Positions 48,876 to 63,213 of a DNA stretch of 64,000 bases are shown here, in pieces. A program made the position numbers and the translations under genes. The DNA is taken from the NCBI GenBank assembly GCA_003344405.1, contig NOWV01000218.1, positions 1 to 64,000 of the forward strand, written 5' to 3'. The stretch comes from Trichoplax sp. H2. Taxonomy: Eukaryota. Below the pieces are notes generated by a model that saw only the letters and a program-made list of their open reading frames with translations, made no database searches and was not told the origin of the DNA. The stretch's first letter is position 1, and every line of letters begins with the position of its first letter.

Positions 48876-51478
48876 ATGCCAATCGTCGACTATCCTTGCA
48901 GCCAAAAGGAAAGTTTTACAACGGTTAATAATAGTTTTGGCCAGGAAATTGCCATTCAATCCATTCAACATGCACCTGAACACCTGCAATATAAAATCAT
49001 CCATCATCCAAGAATGACTTTTATGTCTGCTTTAACGTATTGCTTGATAGGCTTGGTGTTGTTATGGTTATGCTGGAGCGTAAGTGTCTTCATCTAAATA
49101 GACGTGATATACACGTATGGGTATACAGTATAGCTATCCATGAAATCGGAGACAATCCTATTTGAAAGTATAGACTAGTTCAAAGGCAATTGCATGCTAC
49201 CCAATGACATGCACTACCAGACTTTTCTCTTCTCTGTCATGACGACCACAGTATGATAATAGTTTAGCCTGCAGCAAAAGGATACCTTACCTATAAACTT
49301 ACCTCCAACAACTGATGTCCATCAGAGTTCATACTCGTATATCCTTGGTAAAAATGATATTCATGCCTACTGTACTAGTCTACATCGATAGTGTACTACT
49401 TCAAGGCAAGAATACTGTCCAAATAGAGTTAGTCATGGAGCGTTGTCGACAACTTGTAGTCCTTGCTCTCCTCTTCGATACAACTACAATGACGACTAGT
49501 TACTCTATTCTAGTTGATAGAGGATAAGGATACCGTACCTAAAATGTTCGCTTCTATCACTGAAATCGTTTATAATAGTGCATTCATGCTACTATATCAG
49601 CCTACATCCACGATGCATTACCTCCAAATAAACATACTAATATATTAAGTCATGGAACTTACTTTATACTTACTTTATACCTACCGTATACGCAACTGCG
49701 GTTTCTCGATAAACACCAACGAAGATATTATAATCATGAGTTATGATACAATTTTACTAAGAGCAGTGATTACTATGTAGTAGTCCCTGCTAATAGTCCC
49801 TGCCATGTCATTACTTACTATTAAGAACAAGTTTAATATTTCTACACCATTATACGGCAGATCTGTTACCAATTTTGTACATGCATATTATAGTATACTT
49901 GTCTATGCCAGCATCTACTGTTATACTTTTGTCCTAATAACCATAATCTAAGCCAAAAAATTATAAATAGTGATACTTATAGTACCAGTCATATAATTCA
50001 CAACACTTTTTTTAAACTTATTAGAAATGCCAAGGATCTCTACTTTACAATCTGGCTTCTATCATTTTGTGCTTACTATTAAGCATCCTTTATTTCGGCC
50101 AAGTCCATGAAGGTAAGCGAGTAAGCATACTGTCCTGCTATACTTTGATATCATGCTGCAAATTAGCTAGAGAATAGCAGAGTGAAATGTTGATCGATTT
50201 ATAGCAATATTATCAATCTAGAGTATGCAATTACATGTGTAATACTGTACTACTGGAAATTTTAGCAATCTAGGCTGTACATTCATGGTTCAATCAGCTC
50301 TCTTTATAACCTCTTCTTATAGAATACTTTACTTAAAGATATCAAAATGCCTAACTGAGATAAAGCTTGTCCTATGTAAAATTTAGTTGTAAATTACGTG
50401 AATAAACTCTTTATACTGAATTAGGAGGTACTATAAGATTGTTAAGTATCTGCTAACTTTGGCTTGTAAGAGAACCGTAAATCGAATCAATTATATTATA
50501 CTCCTATGTGTTGTAACGATACAAGTACTTGCGTGTATAGAGATTGAATAATAATACTCTACTGCTCCAATTACCCTACATACTATGTAAAGTTGAAGTT
50601 TATTAATATTTTAGACAAATAAAAAGTGCAACTATACTACCAATGCAAGAATTATGTTGTAGAAAGGCATTGTTGATCCTCTCCACAATTATAATCTGTT
50701 ACTACAGTAGTATTAAAAAGGCTTTTTTCACTTTCTATCAAGAATCTATTATGGTCATTAAAGATCTTGGTCTGCAAGTAGGAGTTACGTACAAAAGTGG
50801 CTATAGGAATGTTCGTTTTATTGCTATAGATAATATTGAAACTATTGCCATCAATGAAGCTATAACCATGGTAAGTATTAACTTGTCAGGATGCAAGAAA
50901 TAGTAATAAGTATTTTTGAAAAATTTAGTACCTCAGGGCTCACGATATTGGTAGCTAACTACTGTATCTAGCAATATTGAAGATTTTATTACCGCATTTA
51001 AAATACTACTTTAACATAAAGGTCTATAAATACTATGATTAAAATGTCTACTTATTGTACATACGGGTATAGTGTCTATAAGGCTTCCTTTTAATCATTT
51101 CTATTACAAATTTCTTGATCTATAGCACATGGTTATCTTTTATCTATCGGTCTTAATGAAGAATGAACAGCTCATACCATTATTTACGGTAGTTACTCTG
51201 TCTTTTTTGTTTTTAGTTTCAGATGCTGTAATTTATAAAATTTGGATATTTGTACAAGTATTTTCTTATATAGATTTCCTATATCGATAATAATATCTCA
51301 CTACCAATAAATGAACATACAACATCGAACTAATGAATGTTTTATTCACGGATGAAATATTGCTTTTTTATAGAGTACCTATCCCAGGTTAAGAGAATTA
51401 ACGATAATGTATCATAAAATGAATAATGTATTATTTCCTGCAAAACAGCCGACATTGAAAGTTAACACAAGTAGTTAA
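48876..51478 (+). CDS. PIGH: GPI-GlcNAc transferase subunit PIG-H, 5 exons
   Basis: Exons 48876-49079, 50025-50112, 50743-50870, 51126-51188 and 51374-51478 splice in frame. Two TM segments are followed by EESIMVIKDLGLQV..TYKSG...FI...IAINEAITMHMVIFYL...PLFTSTYPRL, matching PIG-H. Confidence 0.9.
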
Positions 51479-52464
51479 TTTAGACATCGGTAGGTTGTCT
51501 TCCATCTTATTTTTAATAAGCACGATATGTACGTATTAGCAATCGGAAAGTAGCGTTGTTTATGCTTGTATTTTATACTCGATTGGAAATAGGTTTAAGA
51601 AATTATCGCTAGACTTGACCGAAAATTATTTCAATTACAATGGCTAACCGACACTATGAGCTTGAGATTTGTCACTTAATAATGACTTCAATTGGGCAAT
51701 TGCAAAATTTGATCTTTCTTACTACTATTAAGTATTAGAGAATTTTTTAGCTAGTAGATAGAGGTTTGTACTTTTTTTATCATATGATGATTCATTTAAT
51801 TAAATCTATAAGATACAATGAAATTTTTGAACGGCGGTATTATAAAATAATCCGATTTATCGTAACTTTTTTAAAGTTTATTTTTATGTCTTTAGCCATC
51901 TAGAATATAATTATACAGTGGAATTAAACCAATATTTGTTATGTGTGTATATATCGATGCACATACGATCTTATACAATTTTCGACAAAATAATAAAATT
52001 TTATATATATACAAGCACAAGTCCTTCATTAATTAGATATTCATTGTCGCTGGAGAAGTATATATCAATAGCATCAACGGAGTTTAGAAATATAGTTTAG
52101 AGAAAAATTTACTCTTATCCAAGATCAATTATAGAATAAATGAACAAGAAAAGGAACTTCAAAAACTATCCTAACCCTTCACAATACGAAATCATACAGC
52201 GATTTTTACAATCGTATATTGATCCGTTAAAATCCATACACCATTTTATCCAAGTCTAGTGCAAAACTGCAAGCATTACTGTGCATAATTTATAGTACAC
52301 TAGAAGTATTATCATAACTAATAAATTAGCCTTTCTTTGATGCTGCAGGCAATAGAGACGTATGCATGATATTTCAATTTTTTTACAACGACTGCAGCAG
52401 TTTATGAACATAAAATTGTCTAACAATATTTATAGCGGTATACATGATAGATTAATGAAATAAG

Positions 52465-53747
52465 CTAATTAGTATCAGTTACAAATCGTTCATCGTCATA
52501 GTCAATAACATTATCATCATTTTCATTTTGATAATCACTACAAGTTTCAGAATCTTCACCATCAAAGTAACGATCTTCTTCATCTTGAGTTCTTACTTTT
52601 AAAGAATCGTATTCAACATCATAATCAATTTTGCCATAATCAAATTCGGTATCTTCTCCATTTAGAAAGCGAGTTTTCATAATATTTACAAATTCTTGAC
52701 GAGATCTTGTTTTCTCTTCATCGCTAATAACCTTGGTTTGCTCATTCTTATCTAGAATAATAAAATTGTTATTTGATAGATAAAGAATTAGAGGTATGTC
52801 TCATTTTCCAAATGCTATGACAACTTCTTTAACAACACTTCATCCCTACAGTATGATTCTAGGTTCAAAGATATCTACAATAAAGCAGTTTACAGTCTTA
52901 GGGTGGCGATTCTATAAGTGACTATTGCTTTTATGCTACTGTAGTAATTGCTTGTTTGACTAATCAAGTCTCCTGTGTTGGACTCCATTAACGATTGCAC
53001 TGTCGTTTCATAGACACATAAATACATGTATGCAATGGGTTATCATGACTCATTCAACAAGTCCAAGCTACAATCTTAATAAACTGTATTTCGTATAAGC
53101 CTTCTCGCTATCCTACAAGAGATGGCAGTATTACCAGGATCGTTATCATCCTCATCATCATCGTCTTCTTCCTCTTCTGTGATTTCTTCTTCACGTTTTC
53201 GACGATGTTCCAGTAATGCCTTGGTTTCCGATTCATCTAATAGATAGTGCAAATATCCCGATAAAGACACTGCTGAATGGCGCAGAGCAATTTCATTCTT
53301 TTCATCGGCTGACAAATATTGACCGATATATTGCTCATATAAATATGGGCATCGTTTTCTCATTTCTTCATCATCAAAATAATTACCATCCTCGATTAGT
53401 CGTTGCAAACATTCGTAACGTCTATTGCGTACCCTTACTTTCATTTTAGAATCGTCCAATCCTTCCTTAATTTGGCGTAGATAATGACTGATAGTAAAGT
53501 TATCGTGGAATTGTTCGAAATACTTGAGATGACTTGGATTTAAATATTGGCCAAATCGGAATAGAAATGTTGCAGGTTGATGATGGAGTATTTGCATTAA
53601 CCGATTCATTTTATCATCATTCGATAGCTCTTCATCGCCTCTCTGTTGACTTACAATGCTGCAGTTGCTGGCAGTAACATGTTTTAACATGGCATTGACT
53701 GCCTGGTTATTCTCTAACTTGCTAACTTGGCTGTTTTCTTCAGTCAT
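52465..53747 (-). CDS. CCDC97: Coiled-coil domain-containing protein 97 (DUF2052 family), 2 exons
   Basis: SQQRGD, PATFLFRFG, RNRRY..LQRLI..GNYFDDEEMR.RCPYLYEQYIGQYL, acidic tract, RQEFV.IM..RFLNGED.EFDY..ID....YD....QDEEDRYFD. Exons 53135-53747 and 52465-52751. Confidence 0.92.
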
Positions 53748-54083
53748 TTTGTTCCATTCGTAAAATGAATCAAGAACATCAAGGCTAAAGGGAGCAGATC
53801 CAGCTTCGATTTGCTTATTAGGGGAGACTGCCAACAGGAAGCAGATTCAGAGTCGATTCGTACCCTGTCTAATCGTGTATATAGACAGTATGGGTGATTC
53901 GGTACTGTATGGAACTTCACACAGTGTACACTATCAACTGAATACATGAAATATTCCATGCTTGGCCAGCATACCACTTCAATCTGCTTTACGGTCCAGC
54001 ATTTCTATAGCATTTATTCACTAGTTTGGGATAGTCTACTGCATACAATATAGAAGTTACCAGCTCATCCATTTTTCCTTCAA

Positions 54084-54632
54084 TTCAAGAATACTACTAT
54101 CGATGGAGGAACTTTAGCTTTTATAATCAATCAAATATAAAATGCAATATAGTATATCTATCTCTAGTTATAATTTCTGTTCTTGTTAAGGATACTAGAT
54201 AGAGGAACTTTAGCTTTTATAATCGATCAAATATAAAATATAATACATTATATCGATCACTAGTTCTAATTTCCGTTCTTATTCAAGGCTACTATCGATG
54301 GAGGAACTTTAGCTTTTATAATCAATCAAATACAAAATGCAACACTACTGTAGTATATCGATCAGTAGTACAAATTTCTGTTCTTATCAAGGCTACTATC
54401 GATGGAGGAAATTTAGCTTTTATAATCAATCAAATACAAAATGCAACACTACTGTAGTATATCGATCATTAGTTCTAATTTCCGTTCTTATTCAAGGCTA
54501 CTATCGATGGAGGAACTTTAGCTTTTATAATTAATCAAATATAAAATGCAATACAGTATATCTATCACTACTGTAGTCAAAATTTCCGCTCATATCAAAG
54601 ATATTCGATAGAGGAATTTTGACTATTATAAT
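54084..54632. repeat. ~96-105-bp minisatellite, ~5.3 units, between the CCDC97 5' end and the kindlin 3' end
   Basis: gaggaactttagcttttataat-type anchors at 54106, 54202, 54301, 54405, 54510 and 54611. Confidence 0.92.
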
Positions 54633-56075
54633 AATTAGAATTTAGGAAATATGCGTATACGATAATACGAGTTTAATACGATATAAGCGTATCTACCACT
54701 AACTAATTACTTAAATAACTCCATCTTTTATATTGAATGAGACTTTAAGTTTTTATCATTAGCTTATCTCGATTTTTTATGGAAAGCTATCATCTCTGAT
54801 GTATAACAAGGATAAAAAAGTTCCATCAAAAAAGACAATTAGTAATATACTTGTACGTACTAATTTCATGACTTACAGTATATCTCACATTCATAAAGTG
54901 AAAAACATGTAGATGATTGCTGCTAGTTTCAATATTGTAGTGGATGCGTGACATAACATTTAGAGTTTTAATCGACACAATCAGTCATGGGTACTCTAGT
55001 TTCATCAAAAAAGACAGTCAATACTTTATTGATAGTGTACGAGAGTAGAATAATACCAATCATTTTATAAAGTAAAATAGATTAAAATTAAATTGAATAG
55101 GCAAATACAGCAATACATAGAATGAAGCGAGGTGGAAAAAAGTACTTTAATTAGTTTCTTGGCTCGGATTGATGTCAATTTCATAACAAAAATGATTTAT
55201 AGTTAAGAAAGCAGCTGTAAGATTGTTCAATGACTACATGGCGAAAAATAAAGAATTAGGCTAACATAAAATTTGCTACACAAATACTGGTTCTGGTCAT
55301 ACTATATCATAGCCTTACCCATCATTTAGTGTCACAATATTCTTTAACGATATTGAGACAACTGATAAACAATTATATTATCAGATTTACCCTAGTATGT
55401 AATATATCATAGGGAGAACATAAAAGTGATACAGTACACTGTATCGCAACTGCATGAAATCAATTTTGTATGGCATTTTTAATAAATACAGTTTAAATTC
55501 ACAAAAATTTTTGATAGATATTTGATTATTAAGCAAGTCAGTATTAAAGATGGATGATGGTTGTACAACAGGTTAATAGATGTTATAATTCAATAAATAA
55601 CACATTTATCAATTTGACCATCCGGAAGAATTGTAACGACATTGATTTGTATTACTGTTATGATTATCAGCGGGCGCTATTTGTATCTAGTTACTCAAAT
55701 GAATATAAGCTATTCATACGAAGGTATATATCAGATCCAACAAATATTAATATTCTAATAGTAGTTTTATGCTGTAAATACTGTAGGTATTTATGTAAAA
55801 TATGCCTCATAGCCAAGACAAATCATAAAAAGCAATTGCGGTATAAAGATTAAAGAAAGGACCGAACCTATTAGTTTGATATCGGAGTAGTTTTTACAAA
55901 TGATGTTTTTTAGAGTAGTAGTAGTGCAATCTCATATACTGGAACTAAAAATAACAACTAGGTGATTTCATTCTTACTGTAGTCCGGTAGTTCTGCTAAA
56001 TTCAATTTGATATAAAATTACCTGATAGCTGTAGTATGGATTAGTTATGCTTATATTCTAATTAGCTATTAGTAT

Positions 56076-59000
56076 CTATCCAGAGAAATGATATTGCAGG
56101 GCATTATCCCAGCCTCCAGTCAATTTATGGAACATTTCTTCATCAGCAGCTTGATGGCCCTCTTTTCGCATTGATAAATAAATGTATCCGCCAATAAATT
56201 CATGAATAACTTTGCAATCATTAATAGAGCAAGCGAATGATAGTGTACTCTCATCAAATTCAATTTGTAATTCTCTTATTTCCCAATTTACGTTCCAGGA
56301 TTTCATTGTACTGAAACGCCATGTACTCAATATACTGTGACTATGTGGATCCATTCTAACTATTGAATTGTATGTGACTCCTAGTAGTTCCTGTTAAGAG
56401 GAACATTTAATCTCGCTTAGTACACTTTTATTGAAATCGTATAACAAGGAAATATATACAAAGTGTAGTGCAAGGAACACTATTGCTTTTTTTTTTATTG
56501 ATAACATACCGTAGCTTCTTTTCGTTGATTTCTAAATTTAACGTAAAAGCACGTTGTTGTGCATCCTGGCAAAGCTTCCCAGATTCTGATAAATTTTAAT
56601 TTTGCATCCACGGTAGATAATTCAGCAAATGACGATCTCTGTTCAAGAATCATATGTGCAATCTGCAAGATAATAATTTTATGATGTAAGTAAATTTGGG
56701 GAACATTTCAACATGCGTATAATTTGTTATAATAATGCATCATTTTTATCCATTACTGTTTCATAGCTATAACGAATATCCACATTCTACATACTTGTTT
56801 GGTCTTATATTTTTTTAAGAATGTACCATTTACAAAGTCCTGCGGTTGAACATCTGTCTGCTGCAATGAAAAAGTTTAGTAAAATTAAAGTGTGGAACAG
56901 TAGTATTACTCGACAAATAAACTACGGACAAATAAATACAAATTATTAGTAAAACTACATCACATATGGGTAGATACCTCAATAACATGTCTGTGACTGT
57001 AACAATTTATGCCAACAAATATAATATCGATATAAAATCTGCGATCTCAATTGCTAATACAGTTTATTTCTCTTACCAGTCCTATGTCAATGGGAGTTTG
57101 CTTTCTTCGCTGCATACTTAAAAATGCTAAAATGCTAGAGATTTCTGGATCATAACTACTGTCTGCCATGGTCTTATTTCTTGAAGCTAATCGGAATGCT
57201 GCCATCCATTGCGCATATTGTAATTCCTATCAATAAGTTTAAGTATTTTAGCGATATAAAGCATCATTTAAATTATGTTCTATTTTCAAGGATATTACAG
57301 AGTCACAATGATAATAAAATATTAGGCTGACCATTATGTAGAAACTACTATTTTATACCATCTATATGTTACCGTTTCACATAATAAAAGGTGTCCAGAG
57401 TCATCATCCGATGGCAAGACTAATTTAATCATATATTTTCCCTTACTAACGTTGACATCTGGGGTAACTTGACAACCTGTAAAAGATGTAGGTTCTAGGT
57501 TAAATCATGTAGCTAATAGGCTATATGATGGGAATATAGAATGTTACCTTTTAAGCTAAATTTAGCGATAGCTTGACCGCCAGCAACGTCATCTTTATGC
57601 TTGTAAAAGGCTAAAATCATATCTGCGTAAAAATTTCAAAATAAACATGTAATGTAAACTGTTAAAGTAAATCGATATATAAATAGTATTATTAATAATT
57701 TACAAGCGTGTTGTCACTAACCTTTGACAACGCAATAACACTTTTTGAATGATTTTAGAGCAAATCTTTGCTTTCTGTTAAAATAGAGAAAAGGAGAAAT
57801 ATTTTAGCGATGACGTCTTTGATTAATGTCAAGAGGATTTACGGTACCAACTTGAAATATTTTAGATAGTCACACAGCTCCGGTATGGTACCGCTGTCCT
57901 ATAATATATTATTAGTAAGAAATGGCCTTTATTAGGCTTTCGTTGTATAGAACTTGTAAAGATGGGCGTACAAGTAAGTAACTAGTAAGAGATAGCTAAC
58001 CTGGTTAAGGCCCTTTCCTGCACCTTCCAAGGATACCTGTATCGATATTTTTCACGTATATCAATATCATGTAGATAAAACAAAGAGTAATAGCAAGCAA
58101 ATTTTGCGATGGTGATAGCTATATAAAAAAAAAAATCTACCTGTAAATCTGAAAGAGCTGCATCAATGTCATCATTGTCATTTGATCGATTTCCACTCTT
58201 CTTATCGCACTTTCCGATGAGGTAAATGTGAAACTGTAATATATTATAAAGTAATCGTTGTAGCTATATCAATAAGTAGATTATTGAAGAATACTGGTAT
58301 GCTACTTATGCAGGTCTAATAGAGGCGTTAATTACCTGTAAAGCGGCAAATTGTATCATTTCTTCATCAGTGCAATCAATATCTTCTGTTAAGGTAGACC
58401 ACCTAATTTGTTCATATAGTTGATTGATTCTAACTTCATCCAACTAATTTAAATTAAAAAAGACGACAATAAAACATGATGCCTTACAAGTAGAATAATA
58501 ATTGGAGTGAAGATAGGACTATACCTTGGTGTTTAATTGGAAAATGTTATGATATTTGAATCGTAATTGAACGGTATCCCCTTCCACTATATCTTGTTCC
58601 ATTAAAGACCGTGATGAATCCAACCAACTAAGGAAAAAAAAAACAATTTTAAGGTTATTCTATCACTACTAGCACTTATTATCGACAAGTACGACTTGGT
58701 TTATTTCAATTTATTCATCATAATTGAGCTTAATTTGATTCTAACTTACTTGGAATTTTTTTTAACTCGATCACTGAATGAACTATTCTTGAATAATGCA
58801 CGCAAGATCTCTTGTGAAGGTGTTAGTGGACTATTGGCTAGTGCTTCAGGCCTGACCACCGATACATTTAAGGTATCTAAGCGCGATGAAGTTAGAGCTT
58901 GGTTCTGTCCTATAGTGGTAAGATTGATTAAAATAGTAGGGAAAGGATAGCATTAGGAGACATTCAGTGGATGATACTGTAAGTCAGTTGATGTCCATCA

Positions 59001-62000
59001 TCAATATTAAGTTGATTTAACTTAACTTTTCATAGATCATAGTAGCTAATAGGTTGGTATTATAGAGTAGAATTAAAGTATAGTACTGCATCTTAACGCT
59101 CGAGTTATGCAAAAGAAAGAGCCTCATCTCTGATATCAAAGCGATATGTTACGGAATGATTGAATAGAATTGATCTATAGCATAGTATATTCACGTTTTA
59201 ATAGTTGAAAGAAGAGCCTCCTTTTTGATAGAATGGAGCACTCAAAGCTTAGTGCTCCATCTTAACGTTCAAGCAGAAGAAGAACCTCTTCTTTGTCATG
59301 GTGCGGCAGCATTAAAGTAGAGTATTGTATCTTAACGTTCTAGTGCTGGAAAAGAGGAGTCTTTTCTTTGATACGATGGAGCACATTCAAAGTATAATAT
59401 TGTATCTTAACGTCCTTGTCCTGAGAACGAAGAATGTCTTCTTCATCCAATCGATAGCTTACAAAATGATTGAACATAATCAACGTGAGTACCGTAATAA
59501 ACTGTATCACCACGTTTTAGCGCTTTACTAGCGATATAGAAGAATCGCTTTTCTGGCATTTAATGGATAGCTTACAACATCATGAAACACAATTAGTTTA
59601 TAGCACTGGAAAAGAAGAATCTCTTCTTTTATATGTAGTCGTTAACTTAAACTGTAATTTCTTACCCGTTGTACTGAGTGAATCGGACTCGTCGTGGACA
59701 CCGGATATTGATTTATTGGAATCATTGGATTTTAAACTGGTATTGATACTACTGTCTTTCTTGGTTACTGTAGCATTTTGCTTTTTACGTGCACTTGATT
59801 TAGTACTAGGTACTCGCATTAATGATAATTCTTCAGGATGTCGAATCCCTAAATCATTGCATAGATACATGACTGCATTGAAAACGGTCACCGAGAAATC
59901 GACTCTCATATCGTAATACTGTAAATCAGGTAATTGAATCTTCAGAACTTTATGAGTTGGTGTAAAATAAAGATTGGAATCCGCTTGAACACTACAAGCA
60001 TCGAGTGACATACGATGTTGTAATAGCCAACGTTTCTTGGATGGCCACCATAATGCGTGGTCGGACCAATCCATAGGAATACCTACAGGCAAAATACAAA
60101 CGAGAAATGGTTACTACAGTAATAAAGCCCTGAAGAAAATCTCTTCAACTTGTTATTATTTCCGATAATTTCATTCAAACTTCAAAGTAGTGTAAAAGTG
60201 CCAACAGGGCAATAAGTCTATCAAGTAATTAAACTATTTTATCTAATTGAAATCATTTTACTACTGAATGAACAATATCAATAATTTAAATTTATCTTGC
60301 AATCCTATGCAAGAATGTACGTCTATCATCATGACTATTTTCCGCTTTGGCTACGTTGATTCAATGGCCGCTAATGGTTGGACTACGGTATTAAAAATTG
60401 GATCGATTGGATCATTCATTCGTTCACGCGTCGATAGAAACCTTATGACTGAAATAAAGCGATCTTAGATAGAATAAATTGCCATCGACTCTTATTGATT
60501 TCCTTTTTAGCTACTCCGATTAAAATCATTCATAGTCCCACTACTGAAAGTTGGATACTATTAGTTGCTATCATTCATCCATAGATTAAAATATCATTGG
60601 TTGGCCTCTTTTGAAAATGGAATCGTTTACACTGTAGGCCAAAGTGTACGATTGCGATTGAACCATCAAGGTAAAAATCTGACCAAAGTAAGACTATCTT
60701 TACTGTATGATTAATTATGTATAATTATCGATCAATTTTTTCCTCTCTAGTTATACTGATTGAACGATCAAATCGTTGCAAACTGGATACTTTATATCCT
60801 TGATCAAATGTTAGTAAGTAGTATAGGAGTTAGTTTATATTTGTTTGCCCTCTCTACAATCACTCTTGGTTGTAATAGTGCATTATGAGACATTTTACAC
60901 CATGAATCAATCGGTATGTGGATGATGGCAATGTTTTCAATTCTTTGGCGATTCTATTACGCTATACTAAAGCAAGAATAAACCAGTTTCAAATCTAAAC
61001 AACTATAGTACTGTAAGTCGAATAGTGTTTCAATCAGACATGTTTATACACCATGGATCAATCAGTACGCCGATGATAAGCAAGTTTATTTAGGCAATAA
61101 TGATGGCGATGTTTCAAATTACATTATTTTGCCGATGCAATGGCACTGCAATATTGTAAAGCAAGGATAAAAGTAGTCCTTTAAACTAGATTGAAACAGC
61201 TCAAACTGTTCAAACTACAGCACTGAACTCGTAGAATAGTAAAATGAAACATTTTCTACATGATTGATCCATCGGTAGGCAAGTTTATTTATTGGAGTCA
61301 GGATGATTGAAAATATCATTTCGCCTACGCCAGCAATGACACTACAGCCTCTCCATGACGGAACAAGGGTAAAACAGTCTCCAATCTTAAAAACTACCGT
61401 ATCAAGTCCTTCAAGTTGATGGATCAATAAAAAAATAAGGAGTTAATTGTTATTCAAAGGACAGGCCTTGTATTGGTGTAAATGGATTTTTACAAAGCTT
61501 AGGAGGGGGTTGTAAAAGCACACGCGTGGATTATGCCGAGTTGGAGGATGGATGCACTTCTTGAATGTGCTAAATTCATTTTTTTCACTATTTTACTCTC
61601 TTCCTGTCAGCCATAGTAGGGGAAAGAATTGGTTGCAATTTATGCCTATTGCCTATGGCACAGGATAATGTGTGGGATATCCATTGAATGGGAATGAAAT
61701 TGGGACAATGAGCTCAAGTTCCAGTTGAAAAGGATAGAAAAATGTTATTCATGTATTTATCAACTTTAATAGTAGACTATCATGACGAGTGAAAAGATTT
61801 GTTTTACTATCAATATCAATAAAATAAAATAGAAAAAAATGGCAATAACTGTCTACGATGGAGCGAAAAATCCAAGTGTACGCGTACAATAACGTATCAT
61901 GATGCGTGGTATTTTAGACTACAGTACATATGGCTTCACCATTTTCTCTCCATTCTAGCGATTTTCTTTGATGGTTGATAGCATTAGGGATTGATTATGA

Positions 62001-63213
62001 ACAGGCATACGGAAAACATTTTATTTTCAAATTATTTATTGGATACATTTTGATGTATGCTAGTAGAATAACTTTGAAGCGATACAGTTACAAGAATCGT
62101 CGTTAAGTTCATGATCGACAATGAGGGCAAGTAGGGTAACAGCATGATTGAAATGGGGATCGATAGACGAAAGGATATTGTACGTAGTACAGTCTATACT
62201 TTGAAATGGCTTCGTTGATTGCTGTTCTTCAACGATAGGAGGAAAACAACTGAGAAAATAGACGACAGTATCCTTTGTAAGAGCTAGGCGTACAAGGTAG
62301 GGCAACAGTATCATGAACTTTTCAAGGACGATGGCAATTTCAAAGCGGTCAAGACAGGGTCGAAAAGGGATCGAACGGCGACAGGATATTGTCATTTTCG
62401 ATTGCCTCCTTGATAGCCGTGATTATTCAAGAACATGAGGAAAGCGGGTCGAACGATTGATCCGATTGAGAAATAATATTGTCGTTTCCTGGAGTTGGTA
62501 AACGATGGCAAGTGGAAATCGAGTAAGCTACGATCTCGCCAACACTTGCTAATAAAAATTATTAACATTGCAGTAGCCATTCCTTTTGATTTGAATGGTT
62601 TGAAATAATATTCAATGTCTTCAAGTCATGTCGGCTATCCATTTTAATCGATCGCTTTATTTTAAAATGAAGTTTGAATCAGCGTAGCTCTCTATGGGTA
62701 ATCAAGTCTGTCAAAATCGTCGAGGTAGAAAATAGTCGGCGATGGCTTACGATAAAATCATCGAATTTGAACTAGGCGTTGATCAATTTTTTCTTTTTCT
62801 TATCGATTTCAATCAAGATGGAAAGAGATAAATTGGAGCTTAGTCTGTACAGACTGATTGTTTGAAAGTCATGTCCAAAAAAAAGGAGCAAAAGCAATAT
62901 TCAAGTAGTGAAGAAACGCGGTCGATAACCGCATCGGACATTGAAATAAGACTGGGCATTAAAATACAAATAGTATCCTTCTAGCGATGTGTGTGCGGAG
63001 AGGGGGAAAAAAAAAAAAAGTCAAGACTATCTTGGATGGTTGCTTACAGCTTCGATTAAATGGATGAATATGCAACTTACCCAGTTCTTCGACTAATTTC
63101 AACATGACAGAGCCAATGTCATAATTACCGCCAACTTTAATCTTTTTGTCGATACTTAAAGTGGTAATATAAATGGTCAAATTAAAGAATTGAACTTGCG
63201 AACTCTCTTCCAT
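56076..63213 (-). CDS. FERMT2: Kindlin (fermitin family; FERM domain with inserted PH domain), multi-exon
   Basis: [120 protein letters not shown] 63213; ~3-kb first coding intron (60083-63080). It represents the FERMT1/2/3 family as a whole; the symbol is nominal. Confidence 0.95.
59072..59632. repeat. Highly degenerate tandem array (~7 units, ~70-100 bp) in a kindlin intron, most units with a purine/pyrimidine hairpin
   Basis: Recurring atcttaacg (59090, 59259, 59329, 59404), followed by AAAGAAGA-Nx-TCTTCTTT-like inverted repeats. Confidence 0.6.

Noticed and set aside
58001..58036. 36-nt segment on - starting GTATCCTT, containing CCTTAAC and ending CAG, mimicking a U12-type intron
   Set aside because: It is a normally flanked kindlin exon encoding conserved VSLEG. 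It is too short for an intron and the branch-like motif abuts the AG.
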